Below are positions 24,141 to 36,512 of a stretch of 64,000 nt of DNA, piece after piece. This DNA comes from Ylistrum balloti. Its lineage: Eukaryota. The translations under genes and the position numbers were made by a program. Under the pieces are notes generated by a model that was not told where the DNA came from, made no database searches, and saw nothing but the letters and a program-made list of their open reading frames with translations. The DNA lies in the NCBI RefSeq assembly GCF_031769215.1, contig NW_026782299.1, positions 3,286,001 to 3,350,000 of the forward strand, given 5' to 3'. How positions within the stretch are numbered: position 1 is the stretch's first letter; each line of letters starts with the position of its first letter.

Positions 24141-27100
24141 ATGTCTTACAGTCAAATAACATTTAGTCGCGTGAGGGAGTATTTGATGAACGCGAATGAT
24201 TCAAGTTTCAACGGAAAGACTCCAGTGGGTGCCCAGCCAACAGTCATGATGTTTCAGTTTCCTGCTTCACCTAAAGATAATTACAACGAAGTTTATCCTG
24301 GGATCATAATTGGTGATAAGTAAGTTGTTTTATATCTCTTTATTGTTTTACAACAATGTTGTCGATGAATATTCATGTATCACAATTTCTACAAAAAATC
24401 ACTGCCTTTGTACTGTTCCTCAATCTCAGGATTTTTTGTCTGACATATATAAGGCAACATTTAATTCCTATTTAAGATCATGCTTGCAGATACTGATAAA
24501 TGTATTATAATTTCTCCATAATATTTCATAACATTTCTCCATGTTCTGTCAGTCCATTTTCATTTTTGCCCTTTGATGTGAAAAAAGGTCTCGTTCATTT
24601 TCAAAATCAAATTTTAAAATTATATTGAGTATACTGAATACATTTTATTTCATTTTATTATTTTTACTTGATTTTATAATAAAAAAAGTAAAATCATTTG
24701 ACAAAATAATGAAAATTAGACATTAAGATGTTGTTTAAGAGAATGAATATTTAGTCTGATATGAAAATATTTAGTTGTATTATATGTTGAAATATAAGTT
24801 AAGACAAAGGAAGGTATTGTATCTATGACTTTTGTTCTTAAATTTCAGAGTTTGTAGTAAAAATAAGAGACAACTGAAAGCCATGGGTGTGACACACGTT
24901 GTAAACTGTTGCCAAGGCATCAAACTGAACCAAATAGACAGTGACGTTACTTACTTTCGTGATGCAGGCATAACATTCCATGGAATACAAGCATTGGATC
25001 ACAGCTCCTATAATATGACTCCACATTTCAGTGCAGCAGCCAACTTTATAGAAAAAGCATTACAATCAAATGGTAAGGTTGAAATATTGATGACACACAT
25101 ATATATATTATTCATGTGCCATAATGTAAATGTACTTAGATTGGCAAACCTGGAGGGGTACTTTTATTTTAGCACTTGATCCATTTTTGGAATATTAGGA
25201 CAATGATGAATTTGTACATCCACATCCACATGTGACTTAAAAGAAGGGACTGACTTGATTACACAACAACAAAATAGAACAATGTTTATTTCAGAACAAC
25301 AAAACAGAAAAATGTTTATACAGAACAACAAAATAGAACAATGTTTATTTCAGAACAACAAAACAGAAAAATGTTTATACAGAACAACAAAATAGAACAA
25401 TGTTTATTTCAGAACAACAAAACAGAAAAATGTTTATACAGAACAACAAAACAGAACAATGTTTATACAGAACAACAAAACAGAACAATGTTTATACAGA
25501 ACAACAAAATAGAACAATGTTTATACAGAACAACAAAATAGAACAATGTTTATACAGAATAACAAAATAGAACAATGTTTATACAGAACAACAAAATAGA
25601 ACAATGTTTATACAGAACAACAAAATAGAACAATGTTTATACAGAACAACAAAATAGAACAATGTTTATACAGAACAACAAAACAGAATAATGTTTATAC
25701 AGAACAACAAAATAGAACAATGTTTATACAAAACAACAAAATAGACCAATGTTTATACAGAATAACAAAACAGAAAAATGTTTATACAGAACAACAAAAC
25801 AGAAAAATGTTTATACAGAACAACAAAATATAACAATGTTTATACAGAACAATGTTTATACAGAAGAACAAAAAAGAAAAATGTTTATACAGAACAACAA
25901 AACAGAAAAATGTTTATACAGAACAACAAAATAGAACAATGTTTATACAGAACAATGTTTATACAGAACAACAAAATATGACAATGTTTATACAGAACAA
26001 CAAAATAGAACAATGTTTATACAGAACAACAAAATAGAACAATGTTTATACAGAACAATGTTTATACAGAACAACAAAACAGAAAAATGTTTATACAGAA
26101 CAACAAAATAGAACAATGTTTATACAGAACAATGTTTATACAGAACAACAAAACAGAAAAATGTGTATACAGAACAATGTTTATACAGAACAACAAAACA
26201 GAAAAATGTTTATACAGAACAACAAAACAGAACAATGTTTATACAGAACAATGTTTATACAGAACAACAAAATAAAACAATGTTTATTTCAGAACAACAA
26301 AACAGAACAATGTTTATACAGAACAACAAAACAGAACAATTTTTATACAGAACAATGTTTATACAGAACAACAAAACAGAACAATGTTTATACAGAACAA
26401 TGTTTATACAAAACAACAAAACAGAAAAATGTTTATACAGAACAACAAAATAGAACAATGTTTATACAGAACAACAAAATAGAACAATGTTTATACAGAA
26501 CAACAAAATAGAACAATGTTTATACAGAATAACAAAATAGAACAATGTTTATATAGAATAACAAAATAGAACAATGTTTACAGAACAATGTTTATAGAAC
26601 AATTTTTATACAGAACAACAAAATAGAACAATGTTTATATAGAATAACAAAATAGAACAATGTTTATACAGAACAATGTTTATACAGAACAACAAAATTT
26701 AATTATCTTTATCATAGATAGGCTTATATTTTAAAACTTATTAATGATAAGATAATACAATGTATATATTTGTTTAAATGCCACAGTTCAGTTTTGGCAC
26801 TATTTTAAATTATTGGGGAAGACTAAATAAAAACAAAATATGATAAATCAAAAGAAAAACCATAATGATGATAAAGTAATTAAATTTGTGAAAAAATCAA
26901 ATGAACTATTTGTAAAAAAAAAAAAAAGTTAAATGGCAATTGTTTTGTTTTGAAAACTCAAGAAAATTGTTTGCAAATTTTGTATTGTTATTTGATGAAT
27001 AATTATTTTCAAATTAACAGGTGGAAAAGTTTATGTGCACTGCATGATGGGAATCAGCCGATCTGCCACCATTGTTCTAGCTTTCCTCCTGCTGAAGAAA

Positions 27101-27211
27101 AACCTCAGCCTGTTGGAGGCTGTGAAGATGATTCGTGCTAAACGAGAAGTTTTTCCAAATGAAGGATTCATCAGACAACTTTGTATGCTGGAAAGTACAC
27201 TACATACATAG
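24141..27211 (+). CDS. Atypical dual-specificity phosphatase (DUSP3/13/26/29 family), copy 2, 197 aa
   Basis: Exons 24141-24319, 24849-25072 and 27021-27211; same intron positions and phases as copy 1, and the middle exon is 224 nt in both. Motifs: NEVYPGIIIGD, GVTHVVNCC, QALD, catalytic HCMMGISRS, and REVFPNEGFIRQL. Confidence 0.92.
25259..26697. repeat. Compound intronic minisatellite of 29-bp (ACAGAACAACAAAATAGAACAATGTTTAT) and 16-bp (ACAGAACAATGTTTAT) units
   Basis: About 1.44 kb of direct repeats in intron 2 of DUSP copy 2; it produces the many MFIQNNK/CLYRTTK ORFs in the track. Confidence 0.95.
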
Positions 27212-29383
27212 CTTTAAATTGTTATTGTGTTTACAAATTAAAAACTAATAGAACAGGAATGAAAAAGTCTAATTGGGGGTTAAGTCAAGGTTGTCAATTT
27301 AGGCTTTTTATGTTTATGACTTGTGCTACATGCTGTACAGAAATATTCCTTTTATACCTTGATTTTACCAAATTAAATGTATTTTGATATCATTGATGAT
27401 TCAACATTAGAGTCCTTTTACCAAGATTGTTTGCAATGTATTCGTATATCATTTCAGTGTAGCTGTAGTGTTTCATTGTGACCATAAGGTGATTAAATCT
27501 TATGTATTTGAGGATAGGACTTATCTGCTTGTGAATGTTGATGAATATGTGCCAATGACACAAATCGGGCCATTCAAGGTGTTTGAGAAATATTTTTGTT
27601 AACATCATATTTTTGTAAATCTTTTTATCAAATCATGTATAAATACTGATGTTATGATGTTATTTTTTACAGTTGGCACTTCATGAGAATGGAATAGATA
27701 GGTTCCCATGACACTTACAATTAAAATACATAACTGCCTTTGAGGGCCATTAGTCCACTTATATTTATACCCATGTACAGATATGACTCTAAGAAATATA
27801 AGGTTGACTGGCAGTGCATGTACTTTGTTATGTGAAGTTTACATAGAAATGTCATTAGATAAGGATTTTACACAAGAGTTTTGTATTGTTATACTGAGAG
27901 ACTTGTCATTAGGTGTAAACATGATCTCAGATCATTATAATGGGATTTTGATATCTCATAGACTAACATTTACCTGAAATTTACCTGTACATGTGTAAAA
28001 TGACACCAGCATTTCAGCAATCATCCGTCCCTTCCTTATTCTAACCTGAGAAAAACCTGAAAATAGAAAAATGCTGGCTAAGGATTTATTGTTTCATTTC
28101 CTTTTATCATAAGATATGATGAAGATAAACTTGATTTTCCAATGTTTTCCTTGGCTACCTTCGAAATGACATGTGGTTTTTAAATAATTTTGGTATTCAT
28201 GAAATAAACTGATAGGCCATGAGACAAGTTGTGTAATAAGTAGCTGCTCCGTTATTTCACTCTGTGTTAAACATAGTATCAAAAAAATTTGTTTATTTTT
28301 TGTATAGTAATAATTAGATCTGTTATTGATTTTGCGATATGATGTTAAGGAGTCTTGAGATGGTTTTATAAAGATGACTTTGGTTTCTTCTGGTGTTGAT
28401 ATTATGTGTTTGTTTCACTTTCATATTTTTGATTTTGAGATATAGTTGTAAATATTAGAAAATGTATGAGAAAATGTTTTGTCGAATGAAAAATGTTTAT
28501 TGTTCTATAGGTATCCTGTTGTAAGATTTTAAAAAATCTTCAATAATTTTCAAAATAAAAATCCAATTAAGGACCATTTCGGATAGAGCTGTGGAATTCA
28601 AACTTACATTGGCATGTTTTGTCGTGAGTACTTCTAGTACTTTGATCTCTGAAATACAAGTGTCTATACCATTGAATAGTTTCCTGTTGGCTTTGTTCGT
28701 GTGGAGAAGTTATCATTTTTGTGTAAATCTGCACTGTTCTTTGGTAAGACTTGAGCATTTGCTAAGATACAGAGTAAAAAATAATAAGATTCATGAAGAC
28801 TGTTAAGTTTTACATATAGGTACTTAGTTAAAAGTGTGGGCAATAGACCAAACCAATATGATATTATCAGATAAATTTCAATGACATTCCACGTGTGATA
28901 TCAATGAGTGACATCGTACAATATGTAGAAGATTATATTTTATATGTACATCTGAAATACATAAAATTTCACTCACTATTTTTTTTCTATATTTACATGA
29001 ATTTTTAAGTAAATTGTTGTGAAAATGATACATTATATATATGTATGCAAAGACTTGTTTAATTCTTTGTCTGATCATATGTAATTATGTAACATATTAA
29101 GTTTTGTATACATTTTATTTTGCAAGTTTTGTTATTTTGAGTTTTAAACCTGTATAACACATAGTTATCATTAAAAACTCATGTTGAAATTTTTGTTGCA
29201 TCGTTTTGTCGGTAAGATTGACCTGAAAGGCATACATTGTCTAAAACTGCAACACAAAGAGAATGAGTCAGACACCTTGTTGTATGACATTAGTTCACTT
29301 AGGCACTGTTTTCAAAATTCTGCAGTTCTGTTAAAGCAGAAACAACATATCTTTGATAGGTTACAGTGATGTACTATGCATTT

Positions 29384-29620
29384 GGGTGGTCAGGTGGCAC
29401 AATGGTAATGCACTTGCCTTCCACCTAGTCATCTGGGGTTCGATTCCGGGAACGGACATAGAAAGTTACGGGTCACCTGCCCGACCATGTGGCTTTTCCC
29501 GTGGTACTCCGGTTTCCTCCCACAATAAGACCCCTCGCATGCTTACATCTGGGCCAACAAGGGTGATTAGTATAAGTTGAAATAATTTGTTTCGCAATTG
29601 TTGTAAAATAAGTAAAAGTT
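29384..29620 (+). mobile_element. tRNA-derived SINE with a V-SINE-like core
   Basis: A-box-like TGGCACAATGG (29395-29405), B-box GGTTCGATTCC (~29437-29447), core GGTACTCCGGTTTCCTCCCAC, and an A-rich tail. Confidence 0.75.
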
Positions 29621-31180
29621 ATATATTGCTATACATTATTCAAGGTATTTTTTTCGCAATTTCAATCAATTTTCATATAGATGATGCAAAATAAAACAGC
29701 CCAATTATAACTTTAATATGATATTGCCAGATGAAGATTCTAAAGTGCAAACCAGTCGTTAACAGTCAATCAACAGTTACTTAATTGGTTGTATAAGGAG
29801 ATCGCTAATAGGGAAAATATCTTCATTATACCCAGCAAATCAGAATGGATAATTCATTATCGTAGTTAGTGTGGTATTCGATTCTCAAACAAATAAGATC
29901 TTGATAATTGAAAGTGGCAATATTAACATTTTGAATGAATGCCACTGGATTTGGATGGTTGTATATACCAAGGATAAATATGGCTTAGAATACATCTTCA
30001 TACTAAGTACATGTTTGTTAGATTCTGTCATGGGATCAAAATGTATCTAGACAATAACTGCATGAAAATAGAGATGATATTAGAAAGTGAATTTAGCACC
30101 TTTCAATGCAAACTTAACATTGGATACTAATGACTCAAATAATGAATGCCTCATATAGTTTACTGCTGTTTCATCCATTGTGAATTGGGACTAGTTAACA
30201 ATGCTCTGGGCATGAAATGTTGAAACAAGGAGACAAGTGAGGAGAATCATAATGGGTCAAAATAGATGTTTAAAATCTGCAGCTAACCCCATTAAATCTA
30301 AAAAAAATTTGAAAACTGGAACAAAGATGACTGAATTAAATCGCAATTAACGAATATTCACTGTGAATTGATGTGAATAGATTGTCTACTTTTAGCGAAG
30401 ATGACCTGCTGTGATAATCAATGTCAAAATTATAGCTATATTGTTTATCGGGGTCTATAAGTTTAGAACAATGGTAACCACATAACCAAGATCTTGCAGT
30501 TATTATAGCTAGTTAACATGTATCTACATGTACTTTAATTTTATTGTTTACCGGTATTCTATTAAGTGATTAGATTATTGACTTGGTAGGATATTATCTA
30601 GATCACGTTAGAGGGATGACTAGATCAGTTGCAGGAAATAAAAGTAACCGGAAAGTCATCTGGTATTAAACATTAATATTGATACCAGGAAAGAGTACCC
30701 AGATTCATCTTCATGGAACGATGTTTGATGTAATACTGTTAACGAAAATAAGTGGTTTGTTTAAAGATTGAAAGGATTGTGCAAAATACAGGTGAAAATC
30801 ACCTGTCAATACAATTTTTACAAATAATGAATTAAACTGCATCATAAACTGATTCATCCTTTTAGGACTCGTGATCAGTGAAGCTAATGCCATAATATAC
30901 TGTTGGAAATCTTTTGAATGAAGGTGATTGGATCTGATACTGGGAATGGACATGGAATCTGGACTAGCATATACAAAGATTGTCTGGATTGGCAGCAGGG
31001 AACGAGTGTCATTGGAAGAGCTCTTGGGATCTAAAATGGTTTCATTCGTTGCTGAAAATAGATTTGATTGGATTTGCTCCTAGGACAAATCGTTGACTGG
31101 GGGACAGAAGATGGTACAGTAGATTCACCTACTGCAAATGATTATATTTGATTCAGCTGTTGGGAGCAATGGCAACTTTT

Positions 31181-31750
31181 CTACTGGGAACAAACATGGT
31201 TAGTTAATCTACTGGGAACAAACATGGTTAGTTAATCTACTGGGAACAAACATGGTTAGTTAATCTTCTGGGAACAAACATGGTTAGTTAATCTACTGGG
31301 AACAAACATGGTTAGTTAATCTACTGGGAACAAACATGGTTAGTTAATCTTCTGGGAACAAACATGGTTAGTTAATCTACTGGGAACAAACATGGTTAGT
31401 TAATCTACTGGGAACAAACATGGTTAGTTAATCTACTGGGAACAAACATGGTTAGTTAATCTACTGGGAACAAACATGGTTAGTTAATCTACTGGGAACA
31501 AACATGGTTAGTTAATCTACTGGGAACAAACATGGTTAGTTAATCTACCGGGAACAAACATGGTTAGTTAATCTACTGGGAACAAACATGGTTAGTTAAC
31601 CTACTGGGAACAAACATGGTTAGTTAATCTACTGGGAACAAACATGGTTAGTTAATCTGCTGGGAACAAACATGTTTAGTTAATCTACTGGGAACAAACA
31701 TGGTTAGTTAATCTTCTGGGAACAAACATGGTTAGTTAATCTTCTGGGAA
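31181..31750. repeat. 28-bp minisatellite (CTACTGGGAACAAACATGGTTAGTTAAT), about 20 near-perfect copies
   Basis: Period 28 (31181 to 31209), highly homogeneous. Confidence 0.95.
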
Positions 31751-31789
31751 AGATGAGCGTTGTATCAATGCTGGTTAATTTAGCTACTG

Positions 31790-33020
31790 GCAACAACAGT
31801 GATTGGTTCGATAATGGTCAGTAAACCTAATGAGAATGCGATGATTGGATCGATGATGGTCAGCAAACCTACTGAGAATGATGATGATTGGATCGATGAT
31901 GGTCAGCAAACCTACTGAGAATGCGATGATTGGATCGATGATGGTCAGCAAACCTACTGAGAATGCGATGATTGGATCGATGATGGTCAGCAAACCTACT
32001 GAGAATGCGATGATTGGATCGATGATGGTCAGCAAACCTACTGAGAATGACGATGATTGGATCGATGATGGTCAGCAAACCTACTGAGAATGTGATGATT
32101 GGATCGATGATGGTCAGCAAACCTGAGAATGACGATGATTGGATCGATGATGGTCAGCAAACCTACTGAGAATGCGATGATTGGATCGATGATGGTCAGC
32201 AAACCTACTGAGAATGTGATGATTGGATCGATGATGGTCAGCAAACCTGCTGAGAATGCGATGATTGGATCGATGATGGTCAGCAAACCTTCTGAGAATG
32301 ATGATGATTGGATCGATGATGGTCAGCAAACCTGAGAATGACGATGATTGGATCGATGATGGTCAGCAAACCTACTGAGAATGCGATGATTGGATCGATG
32401 ATGGTCAGCAAACCTACTGAGAATGACGATGATTGGATCGATGATGGTCAGCAAACCTACTGAGAATGCGATGATTGGATCAATGCTGGTCAGCAAACCT
32501 GCTGAGAATGATGATGATTGGATCGATGATGGTCAGTAAAACTACTGAGAATGCGATGATTGGATCGATGATGCCTAATTAATCTACTGGAAATGATGAG
32601 GCCTGGATTATGGCTATTTAAGCCACTGGATATGATGATGGTTGGAGCAATGATGGCTTATTCATCAACTGGGAACAGTGATGATTGGATCAAATATGGC
32701 TAATTAAGCTGCTGGATATGATGATGATTGGAACGATGATGGCTAATTCAGGTACTGGGAATGATTAAGGTTGGATTGGTGATGGCTAATTAAGCTGCTG
32801 GATACGATGGTGGTTAGTTCAGTTACTGGAAATGATGACGGTTGTACGGATTACAGCTATTACATCTACTGGATACGATGATGGTTGGAACGATGTGGGT
32901 TAATTGATCAACTTGAAACAGTGATGATTGGATCAGTAATGACCATTTCATCTAATGGAAATGATGAGGGTTGGATCGGTGATGGTTAGTTCAGTTGCTG
33001 AGAACGATGATGATTGGTCA
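31790..33020. repeat. 42/43-bp minisatellite (CTACTGAGAATGCGATGATTGGATCGATGATGGTCAGCAAAC), homogeneous to ~32560 and then a degenerate 43-bp array to ~33020
   Basis: Direct repeats; the 14-aa repeat ORFs in the track (LTIIDPIIAFSVGL, MIGSMMVSKPTENA) come from the 42-bp variants. Confidence 0.92.
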
Positions 33021-33691
33021 AGTTACCAGGGACGAATAGCTTTTAGAATTCTTTTAGGAAATGAGGAGCTAGTTTATCTTCTTAAAAAAAGAAGTGGTAC
33101 GATTCTGAAGCAGCGGAAGTGCTTGATTTCAGTTTGTTGGTAGATACTTATTCATCAAATGAAGTTAAGTGTTAACGCATTTGCTTTCCATCATTTAAAG
33201 TGGTATTTATTTCTGCCGATGAATTTAAAGTATTGAGCCTTTTGTTTCCTCCTATGTCCTGTACCATTTTTATTCAATTCCAATCACTCATTGATTTCTT
33301 GGTAGCTGTACAATAGGGAGTGTGTGGGATAATTTAGACATGAGCAAACATAGCTTGTATGTCAACTCACCTTGATAACAAGGCATCTGCATGGAATCTA
33401 TGATATTGCATCACAAAAATGACATGGATTTGGAAAATGTTATATGTTATTATCAAATGTAAAATCTTTTAAAATGTTTAAACATCGTTGAAACAACCTA
33501 ATGCTTAACATATTGTTAACGTTGAATATGTACTAATAGCATGCATTAGCAAGCTCCTCTTGGACATTCATAAACCACATATCTGAATACTTAGTTTTCG
33601 TGACTATGTTTGGAAATGTTTACTCTTATTTACGAGATGAAGTCTTTGCAGGCGTGGAATATTATCGAGAGTGCACTCAGGCTACCTGAAA

Positions 33692-35154
33692 ATGTTGGAG
33701 ATATCGGATGAAGTGCCTGTCTGTGTTGTCCTTGACAATGGGTCCCATACTATCAAAACAGGATTTGCTGGGGATGATGGTCCAGTTCGGATATTTCGTA
33801 CAGTTAAAGGAACACCATTGCTTGAGGTGGTTACATTTCAGTTTTCTTTGTTCCCTACATTTCTTTATACAACTTTTTTTACAGTGACTGATAAATGGGA
33901 GGACCAATTTTATTTTATTGTGAACAATGTTTACGTATACTGTGTCAACGTATTTGAATAACAATTATGTATGTCTATATTATTTGAACCACAACTTGAA
34001 ATATAGACTTTACCTCAGTGATAATTGTTTGTTTGTTTTCGATTAAGCAAGAATCTAGAGTGTTACTTCAGTAACCAACAATTAATATTTCTATTACATT
34101 CACTAGGATGTGAATTTCAATATACATGTGCTTGAACTGTTGATTTTTGTAGGACCATATGATCAAGGATAGCTCAAAGAAAAAGTGTTACGTTGGTGAT
34201 GAGGTAATTGCAAATATGGATGTCCTAGACATTCGAAGACCAATCGAGCGAGGGATAGTTACCGATTGGGATGCCATGGAGACAGTTTGGCACCATGTAT
34301 TTGATGATATTTGCGTAAAACCGTCTAACGTAAACGTCCTTGTAACAGAACCACAGATGAATCCAAAGTCAAACAGAGAGAAACTGGCACAAATCATGTT
34401 TGAGAAAATTCAGCCTCAAGGAATGTATATTTTTAGCTCCAACGTGTTGTCACACTATGCGTGCGGACGGGTGTCAGGCCTCGTGGTAGATTCGGGCTAT
34501 GAAATGACAAGTGTTGTGTGTGTGTATGAAGGCTATAAAGTTTCTCAGTGTATCTTCAGATCCGATATCGGCGGCAATGATGTTACTAATTACTTGATCG
34601 AACTTCTTGGAAAACGAGGTTACTCGTTCACTACAGCAAAAGAAATTGAGGAAGCTAACACAATGAAGGACAGATTGGCTTTTGTTGCAGAAAATCCTGA
34701 AGCAGTGGATGTGGATTCCATCACAAAGGATTATACGTTATCCAACGGAAATACCATTCACCTTGGTTACGAAAGGTTCCAGTGCGTGGAGGCCATGTTT
34801 AAACCAAAACTGATTGGAAGTAATGACTACGGTATACATGAACTAGTTTTGAAAAGCATCAAAAGTTGCCCTTTTGATACTCGACTTGATATCTGCGCCA
34901 ATGTTATCATTACAGGTGGCAATACAATGATAGATGGGCTAAGTTCTAGATTGGACAAGGAAATTCGGGCAGTATTGCCTACAAACATTCGAATCAAAGT
35001 CATTGCTCCCCCCGAAAGACGCTATTCATCCTGGATAGGAGGATCAATTGTAGGAAGTCTATATACTGCACGGCAAATGTGCATGAGACCAGCAGAGTAT
35101 GACGAATTTGGTCCTAACATAGTTTACAGACCACAATTCTTTAATTATTGGTGA
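33692..35154 (+). CDS. Divergent actin-like protein, copy A, 378 aa
   Basis: Exons 33692-33826 (GAG|GT) and 34153-35154. Actin-fold motifs: VVLDNGS, GFAGDD, YVGDE, PIERGIVTDWD, NPKSNREK, DSG, YEG, RGYSFTT, ERFQC, GIHE, APPER, WIGGSI, EYDE.GP. About 45% identity to beta-actin by manual alignment (170/375). Confidence 0.92.
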
Positions 35155-36119
35155 ATTCCAATGGCTCTTCATCCGGGATTGAAAGATATTTGTACAAATT
35201 TGAAACTTTATTGATGATTCAAGGTATTAGAAAAGGCCAAAATGGATCAGTTGTATAATTGACATACAAGGAACAAAGCGTGATATAATGGATACTAATA
35301 CAAAAGAATCACTTAAGTGCTTACCTACAGCTGTATTTTCGGCGTATGTGGAGTAGAACACCAGTTCCCTATTCAGGAAGTGTGAGATGGTGCCTGCGCT
35401 GTATTTATCAAGTTGGGATGTGGACACAATGCTGCTTAGTGCCTTTCACATTTGCTCCTGTTGTATATACAATAGATGTATAGAATAAACATGCACACAA
35501 AAAAATTTACATATCACCTTATGGTTTGTTTTACCGCTATTTATGGCGTCTAGTCTGAGAACCACTTTTTCAACCGACGCAATAGTGCAATATTTTGGGC
35601 AATGGTGCTAAATGTGACTATAGAATCAAGTTGGTTGTCTTGATCTGTCCGTATATTACTGTATTTTTCGTGTTTTCTCATCAGATATTGCCATATGGCA
35701 TATTAGTTGTTGATGTGTTGATCTGTAAAAACAACTCCTGTTTATATTGCAGGAATGTGATATTATACTAGATATACTAGTCTATGGTTATGCTTATATA
35801 TGTATAAGAACTAATGTTATTTAATGTTGATCACAGCGACTAATGCTACCGTGTTTTCTAAATGTTCATCACTAAGAGAGTTGATGAAAATAGGAAAACA
35901 TTTATGCTAACTAGTACTTTCAATACGATATAGAAAGAGTTAAGAAGACCAAGGTAATCAGCATTGATGAGAAGCCTGATTGTCAATAAATGTAACCACA
36001 TCATTATTTACGACAATGTTTCTAGAAAAAAAATGTAAATCTTGTATCATGGTGTCAGTGTGAAAACAATGTGGGATTTTAAAGGTTTATTTCATATATA
36101 TTGGAAATAAATATATTGA

Positions 36120-36330
36120 TTTTCCACGGAGTATGTTTGATCTATCATTAATGGAATGATATTCCATTCAAGATAATTCGTCCAAGTGTAAGTATCTGTT
36201 ACCAAAGTATGCATATTTGAGCCAGGTGATCATAATGGTATTGCGTATTTAGATTTGTGTCGTTTTTCATACGCTCGCTTCTCGGCACTTTTGAAATCCA
36301 GTTTGCGACACGTTGCAATCAAGATATACA
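36120..36330 (-). mobile_element. Possible highly decayed Penelope-like RT fragment
   Basis: Weak resemblance of the minus-strand reading to the Penelope-like RT C-terminus seen more clearly at 38600-38960. Confidence 0.25.
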
Positions 36331-36512
36331 GATACGGAAATCATAGCTATTGATAGATATCAATATTAATAAATATTAAGGCAATTTCATTAAACGAGTT
36401 CACACTATTAATGATTTATCACTGTGACCCAATGATTACACATAGAAAACACTAGCGACTTCTATATTTCGATACAAATTTAGAATAAGACACAGAAAAG
36501 CGAAATAATAAA

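Noticed and set aside
25341-26511. Many overlapping ORFs (MFIQNNK..., CLYRTTK...)
   Set aside because: They are translations of an intronic minisatellite lying between two well-supported DUSP exons.
29384-29460. tRNA-like sequence with A and B boxes
   Set aside because: It does not close a cloverleaf and continues into a SINE core, so it is called a SINE rather than a tRNA. Weaker tRNA-like heads near 10150, 22480 and 42680 are too degenerate to call.
31181-31750. Regular 28-bp repeats superficially like a CRISPR array
   Set aside because: The units are directly adjacent with no unique spacers, there are no cas genes, and the context is eukaryotic. The same applies to the 53-bp and 45-bp arrays.
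31784-32335. 14-aa repeat ORFs on both strands
   Set aside because: The frame is broken by interspersed 43-bp units, ORFs occur in several frames and on both strands, and there is no splice support. They are not called as CDS.
33671-33691. ORF-track N-terminal extension MHSGYLK of actin-like copy A
   Set aside because: It starts at GTG. The first ATG (33692) aligns with the starts of copies C and D.
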